Positions 12,268-24,508 of a DNA stretch of 64,000 bases are shown piece after piece. Every line of letters begins with the position of its first letter. Positions within the stretch are counted from its first letter, which is position 1. The stretch is from Microbotryum violaceum. Taxonomy: Eukaryota. The stretch covers positions 682,001 to 746,000 of the forward strand of contig CDLV01000015.1 in assembly GCA_001244265.2 (NCBI GenBank), in the 5' to 3' direction. The notes beneath the pieces were generated by a model. The model saw only the letters and a list, made by a program, of their open reading frames with translations, searched no databases and had not been told where the DNA came from. Position numbers and translations under genes: made by a program.

Positions 12268-13790
12268 TCATTTCGGCCAATGGGACACCAGAACAATCGA
12301 ACCCGTCAAAGCACTCGAGATCAGATTGACCTGATTGTTCGAGAGGATCGCGAAGCCTGATCCGGAGACTCGGATGATCTCTTCTTGTGGGTCTTTAGGG
12401 TTCGTAGGGGAATGGACGATCTTTTTCCGCGTGAGGGAGTAGTAGGAGGGTTGGAGGGTTGCGCCAAGAAGGGAGTCGATCTGGGGAGCGTATAAGTTGG
12501 TCAGCAAGGTAGTGTTCCTCGGGTCGGTCAAGAGGTGTCGTTTGAGTAGGGAAAGAACTCACCAAACTCCCCACTAGCCCACCCCAAGCTCCCAACCCTA
12601 CGATCCATCCCCACCATGGCAAACTCAACACCACCTTCCCACCCCCCAATACAATTCTCGTCACTTTAAGCCCCGAACATTCCGGGTTCTCCCAAGCCAA
12701 TGATATAGCCGCAGCAAAGCCGATGAGGATTCCACCAAGGAGGGAAACGAATAGGCCCCAGAGGGATATGGCACCGTTTGTGCCCCGGGGTACGGAACGG
12801 AGGGAGGTGATGAGGCGCGGCGGGGTGGAGGAGAGGATGCCGAGCTTTGCAAGAGGTATGAAAGACGATACAATAGAACGTTAGCGTATTGCTCGAAATC
12901 GTGGATTAGGCGTAGTGTTCGAGTCTTACCTCGCTTGCTAGCTGTGAAATAGAGGGGATCCGAGCCAACGATGTGGGGGGGATCAAAAGCTTCAGCACTC
13001 TACCGACAGAAATGCGGGAGAGAGAAGACAATTGACTGACTGTATCACCGGCACAACAGGCCCAAAAAGCAATAGCGGCCAACACCAAAGCCCTACTCGA
13101 AGGAACCCTCTCATCGACCACACACCACCTCTCGCCGACCTTGGCGGCATTCCAAGTCGCTCGACGATCCTGACTGAACTCGAGCACTTCGCCGCCGTAG
13201 AGGATGCGCCAGGTGATGGCGCACAGGGCACCAAAGAGGGCATTACAGGCGACTTGGAAGGCGTCGCGGTTGCCTCCGGCTTTGAAAAGGCGCTTCGGGG
13301 TGGAGGCCGAGGCGGTGGGTTCCGGCGTATGGCGATCTTCTAGGGAGAGCTTGTGCAACGCCTTGACCTGCAGACACATGAAGCGGCGAGGAATTAATAC
13401 AAGGTCAACTGAATCTGACATTCACAACCTTGACTGACCTTGGTCGCGCGGGATCCAGCAAAGTAGAAGACGAGCAAAGCGACCCCAAACAGCTTGAGAG
13501 GGTTTGCGAGGGTGATGTAGCCAAGGATACACGCCGCCGTAGCACCCGAGCGGTTCAACGACGCACTTCTGTAGCCATGAAAGCCTTGTGAACGATCCAA
13601 AGGATCCAGCGTGGGTTAGCGATCAACGACACATTGCGGAATGGCATCACTCGCGGGTGGGGGACAGTATTCGCACATGCTCACCGAGCAAGACGGCGAA
13701 TGCGAGCGTGAGAGGGTAGGGGACAATCGCAGGTTGATACAGGAACTGATCCAGCTTTGTTGCCGCAGCTCCTGTTGATGAGGCCGCCAT
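12268..13790 (-). CDS. DUF92/TMEM19 family integral membrane protein (multi-exon)
   Basis: SLNRSGATAACILGY, FYFAGSRATK, GGNRDAFQVACN, ACCAGDT.ASELG, PPGTNGAIS, IDSLLGATLQ, LSNNQVNLISS. Confidence 0.85.
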
Positions 13791-14700
13791 GTCTGCACTG
13801 CGATGGGACCGTTAGCGCAAGAGGAAGAACCCGAGACTCGGATTGAGCGCGTTGTCGATTTCAGCCTGATCGATCGAAGCTTGCAAGTGGGGGTTCCGAT
13901 TCCCTCGGGTTTAGAGGCCGGGTGCGCCGGCGATGTACGCTGCATGTGAGCAATGAGAGGCCGCAATGTAACCAGTATCGAGATCCCAGAGAACCGCCCG
14001 AGGTGAATTCTTACCTCGCATAGGCTCATCGGCTCCTTGGAGGATAACAGAGCCCAGGAATCAGATCGAGTCGGATCGGACCTAATTAAGTGGCGATGGA
14101 AAACTTGCTGATGGTACGCCGCGTGCGATGACTGCCAATCAATCGTGTTTATCGCCTGAAAAATGTCTTCAAGTTCTTATCGAACGTTATATTATTGTGG
14201 TGTCCTGAATGTCTTCAAGCGCTTATCGAACGTTTTTGTGATGTCCCGACTGTTGAGGATGTTCACTCGATCGGGGTGGAGCCGTCAATCAGCGGAAGTG
14301 CCATGCCCGAGTCACAAGTGGGGGAGAAAAGGCTCCTCTCCAGACCGGCTCCATTTCGGCATTTTTTTGGTGGGAACGACGCCGCTGTCTTGGTCTAACC
14401 TCAAACCAGCTCGATTACTAGCGACAGCTCCAGTCTTTGACTTTTCCTCTTCCTTTTGTTCCGACCCTCACCAGACTCGTGTCACTTCTTTTCCTGAGCT
14501 GGGATCCCTCGTCGGTGGAACCGCGCAAGCCAGCGCCGAGCTGAAGCGCTTCCCACAGTCTTCATACGAACTGAGCCCAGAAAGGCACACTCTGGTCCGC
14601 TTCCCCCACCTGCCTCAAACCCCTGCTCCTCAGCTTCAGGCCGGTCGTCGCATCCAATCCCAGGCTCTTTCGGCTCAGGGCCAGCTTGTAGGGAAGCTCG

Positions 14701-16871
14701 ATGGCCACAAATGATGAGGAGCGTACACGGAGTGCAGTGACCCAATCCGGTACTGCTGAATCGAACGGTGCCGCACCCTCAAGCCTCTCCACGTCACCGA
14801 CACAGACCCCGATCGCGCCAGCCTTGTGCTCTTCCTCAGCAGACAGCTCGATTCCACGTCCCCAGCTCGACTTGCACCCCGTGTTCCACCCACCCTTGTG
14901 GCTCGCGAGAAGGACAGCATGCATCAGGGCCCTCAAGAGGGAAGGTGTTCGTTCCGTGAGTCATCCTCCTGCCTTCTCTTCTGCACACGAGCTCGTACAG
15001 CGCCCGCGAAATAGAGCACAAACGGTGGTCACGAGGCGCGCGCCTCGGCCAATTTTGACTTCAAACACCGTGCCTGTACCACCCCGCATTCTCTTTTTCC
15101 TCTTCGCTTGCATATTTATCCTGCAGCTTTCATTATGCGTTTTCACCCCACCTCACCCCACCCCATCTTCTCACCCCATCCCCATCCCTCTAATCCATCA
15201 CTCTTCCTCGCTGACTTCAACAACAAAGACCACGGCTGGGGAAGCATACCATGTAATCGACACTGACATGACAAATCTCGATCTTGTTTCCACCGCCAGG
15301 TCGTCGACATCGGTTGCGGCGAGGGAGCCGTCCTGCAGATGCTCATCTCCCCGGCCTACCACCTCGATTCGTTTCCCGATCTCTACGCTCCCGATCCCGT
15401 TTCGCATTCGTTGTCATCCGAGTCCCGTTTCTCAAGTTCCCGCGAGGCTAAGCTCGAACAGTTACGCAGGGTACCCCGCTTGAACCCAGAGGAAGAGGAA
15501 CTGCACTTGCGTCGGGTCATCGGCGTCGATATTCTCAGGTCGAGTTTGCAGCAGGCTGCTCGCGTCACCGATCCGGAGGCTGGGGGCGCCTCGCCCCATG
15601 CTTCGAGGTGGGAGGAGTGTAGGGTCGAACTTTACGAAGGTGGTCTCGAATCATACAACCAAGTCTTCGAAGGTGTAGAGGCTATGATAGCGACCGAGGT
15701 CCGTGCATATGCGCGATGTCAAATGGAGCAAGGAGTTCAACGCTGACCCTTCTTATTGATCGTCATCAAGGTCATCGAGCATTTACCACCGCACCTGTTT
15801 GACAAGTTTGCCAAGACAATCTTGGGAATGTATCAACCCCGACTAGTCGTCGTGACCACCCCGAATCATGAGTTCAACCCCTACTTCATTGCGACCAGCA
15901 AATCCGACGAGGACTCAAACCGCTTTCCCGACCCGACGGGCCGTACGAACCGAGTCTTTCGCGATGACGATCACCAGTTGGAATTTACGATCGACGAGTT
16001 CCAATCCTGGGCCAAAAAATTTGCTGCCGAGAACGACTACCGAGTCACCTTCACTGGTGTGGGCTCGTTGTCGCATTACTACGGCAGTCACGCACCGCCG
16101 TACACTGGTATCCCTTTCCCTCCTCCTTCGCTTGACGCTCATCCAGCTTGTCGCAAATTTGCCTCTTCAAAATCTCTTCCTTCGGACCCTTCGACATTCT
16201 TTGCGACTCAAATTGCCATCTTCACTCGCATCTTTCCCAACGAGGTCGAACGTTCGCCGCGATCCCACAAGCCGCAGCCATTGCCCTTCTTCTCCCCGAC
16301 GACCGAGTCGATCGTCGAAATGGCACCGGTGGCTGCGATTGTACCCTCTGGTGTAGCATTATCTTCATCAAGCACGACCCGTCCAGGTCTCACTGCCCGT
16401 CGACCAACCTTGACCACGCCTCACATACACGTCCAAACGCACACCCACCGACCCCACCCCAGCGCTTCTGAACCTCTTGGTTCCGAGAAGCTCATCAAAT
16501 CCCTCAAAAAACGCTTCGACGAACGCCAATCGTCCCGCCTGAGCTTGGCGCAAATCTGGTCTAACGACGAGATGAGGATCGATTGCGGTGGGATCGTGGG
16601 GAGCTTGATTGATGCGCTTTTGGAGAAGGATGAGGAGGGGGAATGGGAATTAGAAGCTTTGGTGGAGGAGGAAGGGGTGAGGGGTATGGAGGCGCTGATG
16701 GTTGAGTGGAAGGGGTTTGTAGAGAGGAAAGAAGAGGGGGAATCGGTGTGGGATCGCGCGTATATTGAGGAGATGGAGGTCGAAGATGGGCATGAGCAAG
16801 GGTTCGACGAGGATGATGGTTTGGAGGATAGTAGTGATGAGGAGGGACCTGACCTTGAGTGGGAGCAGTGA
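14701..16871 (+). CDS. HEN1: Small RNA 3'-terminal 2'-O-methyltransferase HEN1
   Basis: FHPPLWLARR (FxPP motif), VVDIGCGEG (SAM-binding motif I, after intron ~14956-15299), EVIEHL, TTPNHEFNPYF, FRDDDHQLEFTIDEFQSWA, QIAIF, and an acidic C-terminal tail. Confidence 0.92.
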
Positions 16872-17291
16872 GAGTGGGGGCCAGGGGAGGAAGAAGAGAT
16901 CCCAAGAGGAGCAAGGGCCAACCAAAAAAAAGGAGGACTGCATTTTCATCGGCAGCCCAGAATACCTTTGCTTCAATCGCATGGACAGTTGATTCACAAT
17001 TCCAGCTTTTCAGCAGTAACGAGTTCCAAGACAGAAACCAAAAATGAAATCAATGCAACCTACCGCGACTCGTTCAGCTCTTGTACTTTCTTCGTCTTTG
17101 GGAGCATTGGCGCGTGGAACACCGAAATGGGTTCACATTGACACTGGTACAGAAGTGACGGAGCTACTTGTACAGAGAGAGAGAGCAAGCGAATCGAAGA
17201 CGAAGTCACAATCTTCAAACCAAGATTTCTCTCACAAAACTTTTCTCAAAATACCGCATATCGCGACTTCTGCGACGCGCCAAATTCAAGA

Positions 17292-20200
17292 TCAGTAGAA
17301 ACCACCGTCGTCGCCACCACCACCATATTTGCCCGGTTTGGTTATGATCGCTTGACGACGATATGCCTCAGCGATCTGATCCGAGTCCGTTGCCTGTTCA
17401 GGACCCTTATCGTCTCGAACGCGTTGGAAGCGAGGGAAACGTAGAGAGATCCCACGCGAGTCGCACTTGCCCACTGCGGCGGGGTATACGGGGCTGAGAC
17501 TGAGATCGGCAGCGACTACTTCGATGACGATGGATTTTGAGGGGGCGAAATAGACATCTAGTTGTATGTGGAAAAGTGACAAAGAGAGTCAGACCATGTG
17601 AGAGTAATTGAGTCCTGACGTCCAACGACTGACCTGGCAAATTCTTGGGCACGACCCTCCCAAAGTCGACATCATGCGGCCTCGACGATAATTCCCCCTC
17701 CCCTTCATTCCCCTCATCCCCATGCTCCGTCTTCCTCGTCAACCTCGCATGAAGACTAACGAGATCCTTCTCTTCGAACCCAGTTCCCGTCTTACAGATC
17801 GCTTGGAATGTTTGCGTCTCGTCGTCGAAACAGGCGAGATGCAAGGCTCCGTAAACTCCGGTACGTTTGCCGGAGCCGAAATCGGCTCCGACGACGACGA
17901 GATCGAAGCTGTCACCGTGGCCGTCGAGGTAGTCCTTTTTGAGCTGTGGGAAAGTAAGTAACATGCCAGTGAGTCTCTGACATTACCCTGTACCTAGGAT
18001 CTCCTGTGATCGAGACACACCTTCAACCAATTAATGGAACGACGACTCGGCTCATACGTCGCGCCTTCACCTTCGAGCATCTTGACCATCAGGCCCTCGC
18101 AACCTCCCTTGATACTCAGGTCGAGGAACTCTTGAATCTGTTCCACGGTCGTCGCATCCTTGGAGGCGGCGAAATCGAATTGCTCCGGGACCGGCGAGAG
18201 GTGCGCGCGTAGCAGTCGACGACGGTCAATCAGGTTTTCGCCCAAGAGGGCCTGCGGGCGCAACAGGCAAACGGATTAGTCTCACACCTTCAACGGGGGG
18301 ACGCTCCAAAGTATCGGTTCGCACTTACCTTGCCATTCAGATACAAAAAATCGAAAGCAAACAGATGAACTTTCACCGTGATCTCCTCCGCTTTGACATC
18401 CTTGCGTCGACGACGACTCAACTCCTGGAAAGGCAGTAACTTCTTCTCGTCCGGATCCCAAGCGACGGCCTCGCAGTCGATGACGAACGAAGTCGTCCCC
18501 GCCTCTCTATTGATGCAAGCCGGCAATTGCTCGATAATGTCGGGATACTTTTGCGACATGTCTTCCGAGTTGCGACTGAAGATCTTGATCGAGCCGTCCT
18601 CGAGGTAGTGCACCTGGGCGCGCTCGCCATCGTATTTGTACTCGCAGGTGAAGAGCTTGTCTTCAAAACGATCGAGCACCTCGGAGATGGCTTTCGTCGG
18701 TTTCGCCAACATGGGCTTGAGAGGGACACCTATTGGATGGACCATGGTGTGAATGAGCTGAAAGATCGAGGGGATACACAAGCAGCGACCAGGTCGTACC
18801 CGGGGTGAGGTGGCAATTCGCCCTGAGGTTGCTGATCCCGTGTTCGACCAGCGCTGGGATGACGAGATCATAGGAAGGAAGTTGCGAAAAGACATCCTTC
18901 AAAATGGAGGTACCTTCTTCGAGTCGCTGGGCCATCTTTTCGGGCGAGAGCTTGCGCCCTTCCTTCCTCGCTTCGGCGGTGACGACGGCTTGTGCCAACG
19001 AAGTGATGATCTGCGAGCATTACCGCTACGATGAGATGTCGCGCAGGGCAATATGTTGAGGCGGAAGGTCACTCACGGTCCTCTCGGCCAAGCCGATTCG
19101 AAGCTTGCCTTCCAAACTTCGGATGACGTACTTTGTTTCGTTTCCTTCGCACCCCAAGAGCAGTTTTTGGATGAAACCGAGCTTGCGAGATTGAGACTGG
19201 AGCAACGAGCTCGGTGCAGAGTCAGCGATGGCAGGCACCGAAGAAGCAATTGGCGACTCACATCCTTGCCCGAAGCAGTGGCCACGTTTTTGAGCAGGTC
19301 AAATACTTTGTTGATCGTCAGCGGTGGAGGCTTATGCAGCATCAATTGCTTGGCTCGAGAAGTCATGGCAACGAGTCCAAGGTCGCCCTGGGTCTTCAAT
19401 TCGGATTTGATCTGGTCCATCTTGCGACCGGTGCTCTGGCAGATCGCTTTCAAGAGCAGCGACTCTCCAATGCCGAGTTCGATCGATTCATAGTCCGGAG
19501 CCAGCTGTGAAGGGGTCACGTGATCAGTCATCGAGTGTGCGAAGTCAATCATATAGGTGGTAGACATACCCTATTAATGCATAGGTACACGGTCCTGAGC
19601 AGATTGGAAGGGGTCTTTTCGATGACGTTGATCAAGAATTTGGTGAGCATGGCCGTGATTTCGAGGCGTTTGGTCGTTCCCGCGATAAGCTCGAACGTCT
19701 CGACCAGAGCCGAGTACGGAACACTAGGTGGAAACCAGTATCAGCTGCGATGTACGTTCGACCTTGTTTAGGGCTACCGCACTCACTCCTTGCCTGTCTC
19801 CCAGCCCTTTTTGGTCGAAGCGACGTCGTCGTTGCGGGTGAAGATTTCGGCGCTGTTCATGGAAGCACCACAGTCAATTCCGACGTTATACAGCGATAGA
19901 TGACGACCACAACTCACAACTTGACAGCCGCCTCAGTGTCCTCTTCGCTCTCGTCGTCTTCATCGTCATCGTCAGCGTCGTTATGCTCGGCATCAACCTT
20001 CGGCGGTGCCGACGATGCGGGTTCTTCTTCAGACTCGACTTTCTTCTGTCTCGTACATGCGACTGGCGCTGCTTTGGGCGGCGCTGGTTTACGAGGCGCA
20101 AAAAAGGAAGAAACGGGAGGCTTGGTGTCTGCGGTTTTGGTCGCAGGCTTGGCCGCCTTGGATGAGATTCTCGAAGTCGAAGCCGAAGCCGCCGGGGCGG

Positions 20201-20810
20201 GCCCGGAGCTCGATGCAGCACTCGCAGATTTAGAGGTCGACGCTGGGTCTGAAAGGCAAGTGGCAAACAAAGGATTAGAACATAAAACCGAACGGAGTTG
20301 AATGTACCGTCATTCTGACTTTGATCCGAGGACTGACTGGGCTCAATCTTAATCTTCTTCGGGCTCGACTCCTTGATGCTCGGCGACTTGTCGCCCTTTT
20401 GCTCCTTTCCGACGACTTTTGATTCTTCCGCGTCTTTTTCAACATCAGATGAGTCCGCTATTACGGCTCGGCGCTTCTGGGCGGGCCCTGTCAAGGTAAT
20501 GGACGTGATGTCAATCCTGGGCCACCGACTTCAGCATGACAAGATGGACCGCACCTTTCACGACCGCGTCCTCCTCTTCATCAACCTGCATCTTGACATC
20601 CTCATCTTCCTTCGATGCACCCTGAGATGTCACCAGACCAGCTTCCTCGCTCATAGCGTTAGAGGTCGACATCGCGGTAAGAGCGGACGAGCCGAAGCTC
20701 AGTCTCTGCTGTCGAGCCGGCGCTGAGATGCCTAGAAACTTCTCGAGACCCTTTTGGTTCGGTGCGGGTTCTTTGTACGTCGGTTTGGCGGGTGGCTTGC
20801 TCTTTGACAT
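17292..20810 (-). CDS. LIG1: ATP-dependent DNA ligase I (Cdc9/Cdc17), multi-exon
   Basis: N-terminal PIP-like [41 protein letters not shown], motif [33 protein letters not shown]. Confidence 0.95.
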
Positions 20811-23800
20811 GCACAGCGCGGTGGTGGATCGTGCGAGTTGAACGGGAGCCAACTCGAGAGATGGCGCGGGTGCACGCGTCGCGTCGCGCCGGCGAATCCG
20901 AGCACGAGCTGCCGCTTGGACCTCTTCATTCGGACTCGGCGGCGGGCCCAGACGCTTGTTCACTGCACGTTGAGGTTTTGCGGTTCCAAGAGCAAATTCA
21001 GGCGCACCGTGCTAAGTTCTATTGAGATTAAATCGAAAGATCCCGCTTACGTCTCCATCAGGTACTCGCCTTTACTGAGCGGAATACGGCAGTCAAGAAG
21101 TTTCAACGTCCGGCTAGGAATGCTTTTGGCGGGTCGGGAGATACCTTCTACCTTGATAAATAGTGAAGTGAAGCCACTTGGCCACTTGCTCACAATAAGA
21201 AGTTCAATAGAAGTGCTCACGGTTTCTTTGGGGCGGTGATAGACTCACAAATTAAAGCCTACAGATCGACTGGTGGATCGGGACTCGGAGGGCTTGGTCA
21301 TCGGCGAAGAATCTTCCGGGCCGGCCAAACTGAACCGGCTCAGCGGCGGCCGGAACGCCAAGAGTGTGAGCAGCTCCTACCAATGGCCCTGAAAATCAGC
21401 CTCGGTCACTAATCATGGTTTGCAACATCGTTATAGAACCGCAAAAAACAGGTTCAAAAGGGGCCTAAAAGCAAAATCAGAGTTTAACTCCGGACTCTGG
21501 ATCGCTTGCCCTTCAACATCGCGTGGTTGCCTGTAAATCCTGTACTAGAGGGCGAGAGATTGACTCTACGACAAAACCGCCACCACGCGGTGCGCCACGC
21601 GCGTGTCTCCTGGCTTCCGAGTCTAGTGCCGAGACTAGTCTGCCGAGTCCCGACCTTCCCCCTGGGATGCCCCAAGGTCCAGGGGCACCTCACACCCTCT
21701 CACCTGCTTTCAATCGCACTTTGGCGCCGCCGTCCCGTCCCATGCGCGTCGTAGGTAGACGCGTAGACGCTGCGTGCGCCTGGGTTTAAATGTCGGCGCC
21801 GCTGCACCGCCAGTTGACGCTCCGAGCCCCGAAAACTCACCTTCCCGCTACCGAAGTCGCTTTGAGTGGCTACTAGGGACACCATAAACTACAAAAAACC
21901 TCCACCAAATACGCATCTCAGCTGCGATCAAGCGCCGATCCTTCTTCGCCCCCGCAGTTCGGGAGTTGCGGGCCGAGCTCGAGCTCGCAACGACCTTGAA
22001 TCTCGCATGGATTGTGTGCGCATAGCGCCCCCGACGCCTAATAAGTAATGCTCACGAACGAAAAGAGCGTCTTGGCAGAATTGACTTGCCGCGAGCGTTA
22101 GGTTTAGAATTAGTTTGCCTCTCGGAAAGCGAAGAGGCTCCTGCAGAGACACGGTCCTGGTTTAGGTGAGACGGGTCACAGCGGTCAAGGTGGTCAGTCA
22201 TTACCCAGCTAACGGGTTCCGGGCTCCGCCCGAGAAAGATGCTAGGAAAGCTGCCAAGCGGCTGCGGCCAGCTCGACGTCGACGGCGCCCCACCTCCTTC
22301 AAGCAAACTCGGCTGCTATGTCGTGCTCTTCGGCATGTCATGTGAGGGCGCAAAAAGAAACTGTTGCCTAACCAGAAGGTCGACCTCACTTGCGTGTTTA
22401 CAGGTGTCGCATTAGCTACTGAAACTGCGCGACAAACTTTAATGAGTTTACTTGCAAAAATCAGCATCTGCGTTTCGAAAACCGCTCAACTTTGTTATTC
22501 GATTTTGCTGAAAAGAGCTCTGATGAATGCAGACGAGAACCCCGCCCTTCCAGCTGCAGCTCAGGGGAAGAGTCTTATGAACTGTTTTTTGGCAGACAGT
22601 TTACAGGGGGAGTTGCGTCGGGAGTCGGGAAGTGTAATCGCCGATGCTGAAAATGGACACGATCCCAATTCTGGTATCGGTCGCGGTCAGACGGATCGAG
22701 ATTTTCAGATCGTCGATCTTGCCAGCTGACAAGTAGGAAACGAATCCCATTCGCATCCTTTACGCGGTGCATCCGTTCGGCGGCTACAAGCCCCCTCGAC
22801 GTCTTTGAGGCTCCCACGCTGGTGAAGACAGCATCCAGTAAAGTGTTGGGATTGCGGTGCTCTTACAAGGGGCAATTGTTCGAACGGAGGCGTCGGCGAT
22901 TCGATCTCTCGAGCGCGCTGATTACTGCGCACGAAAAGCTAGAGCCCCTGCGCAGACCCGTCCCTTGTGTACATGGGCCTCTGGTGCCACACCAGGGACC
23001 TCTCGACTGTTTGTGTACGCTGAAAATGTGTTGATGAAACTTTTCACAAACACCTGAAATACCCAGGGCTACAAGAGAAGCTCCACAAATTACTCGGACC
23101 TCAAAGTCAGGTTCATCGGTGTTTATTGCCGGCTTTATCAAAGGAGGCTCCGATTTTCGGATCCTTTCTGCCAGGCCTTGCAATAGTAAACTGCCGTTCT
23201 CGTCATCCACCTAGGTACCCTTTTGATATATTAGAGGTTAACACATCACCTGAACGCCATGTATGCACCGATCTACAGGCCAATCCTGGCTGCGATGACA
23301 TGGGCTTTTCCCTAGCTCAGTAATGCACTACTGCAGGAGGTGTACTGCCCGAGGCCCGCCGAGCGCAGATCAGTGGTTCGCACGACCGCCCATAACCCGA
23401 GCCTGATGCAGTGCGGGGGTTCGGGGAATCAGCTTCGGATCTAGATTGGACCTGTCCTTTGAATTTGGCCTAGTTTCGTTAGCGGTGAGTTGTGATCCCT
23501 GCCTCGCCGACCGGCGTGCGTGTGCGATCGAGCGCACTAGCGTCGAATTCGTGCATTACGGAGTCTCAACTCGACGCCCAAGGCCAAACCTTGAAGCCCC
23601 TCCCCCCGGGCCTCCCGGAGTCCCGGGCCCCGTGGCCTTTGCAAGATCCAGGCTAGCGTCTGCGAAAGTTGACGTGGTCAGCACTGAGCTGCGGCTGCCT
23701 CTAGTCTAGTGGATTGCATCACAAAGCCCAATGTTCTGCTGAAACCCTTGGGTGCCGCTTAGCCTCCTCTCCAGCTTCCCTTTCACTCGCATCCCCTGGC

Positions 23801-24508
23801 CACTCAACGTTCTGGTGGCTGCTGCAGGGGCAAGATTCTACCGTGTCGTTGAGCTCTACGCCCACCGTCCAAGGCCAGAACCGTCTCAAGTTCCTCCGCC
23901 GCTTGTTTCCGGTTTAATTGGCTGTTCTTAGCGCGCCTCGACGCTCGAGCCTGAATCGCGCGGCATCGCACTCCAGCACGTTGAGCTCGTGCTCCCGAAC
24001 TCTAGCAGCTACTTCGACAACGTTCACTCCTACCGTCTCCGAACTAGCTGGATCCTCCCCGACTTGGTATTGCATCTCTCTGGAGTCTCCGTCGACGTTG
24101 ACGGCAGCCTTGCGTATTACGACAGTCGTCGTCATTAACGTTGCTCGGGATCCGCCGCGAACGCCTTGGCCCGCTGCCCGCGCGCGAGCGTCGTTTCCGA
24201 ATCAATTCGTTCAACTCGCGACTCAAAACCTCATTTCGCCAGTGCGATTCGGTGCTTCACAACTCCGTCGCGATCGTTGAGCCATCGCATTCACTTGAAA
24301 TCGTGTCCGCCGAATTGATCGTTATCAACCATATCGACGGCACCACGTCCAATTTGCTCTTCATCACCCCCCGGACGCCAAAGTGACCGCCAACGTCATA
24401 GCTCGCCTCGGAGGCGCGTCAATTGGACTCGAACCCCTGGCGCTACGCCGTCGCCGCATTCGATCGCGCTCTCGCCGATCGGCAACGGCGTAAGCGAGGC
24501 AAGTCAGC

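Noticed and set aside
14956-15299. Unusually long first intron of HEN1 (also DCP2 intron 1) as a snoRNA host
   Set aside because: No convincing C/D or H/ACA box pair with a terminal stem seen.
20811-20963. Upstream in-frame extension of LIG1 as a mitochondrial isoform (as in yeast CDC9)
   Set aside because: No upstream AUG, and the extension has Pro-rich and acidic stretches; too weak without Ribo-seq.
21615-21655. Short repeated ccgag(t/a)ctagt units resembling a mini array
   Set aside because: Only 2-3 degenerate units with no spacer structure; eukaryotic context, so not CRISPR-like.
22515-22545. Hammerhead-like CTGATGA
   Set aside because: No stem II followed by GAAA and no flanking stems.
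23360-23430. tRNA-iMet-like or copia PBS-like gcccataaccc
   Set aside because: Only an 11-nt match; no cloverleaf, no T-loop consensus and no adjacent LTR end.
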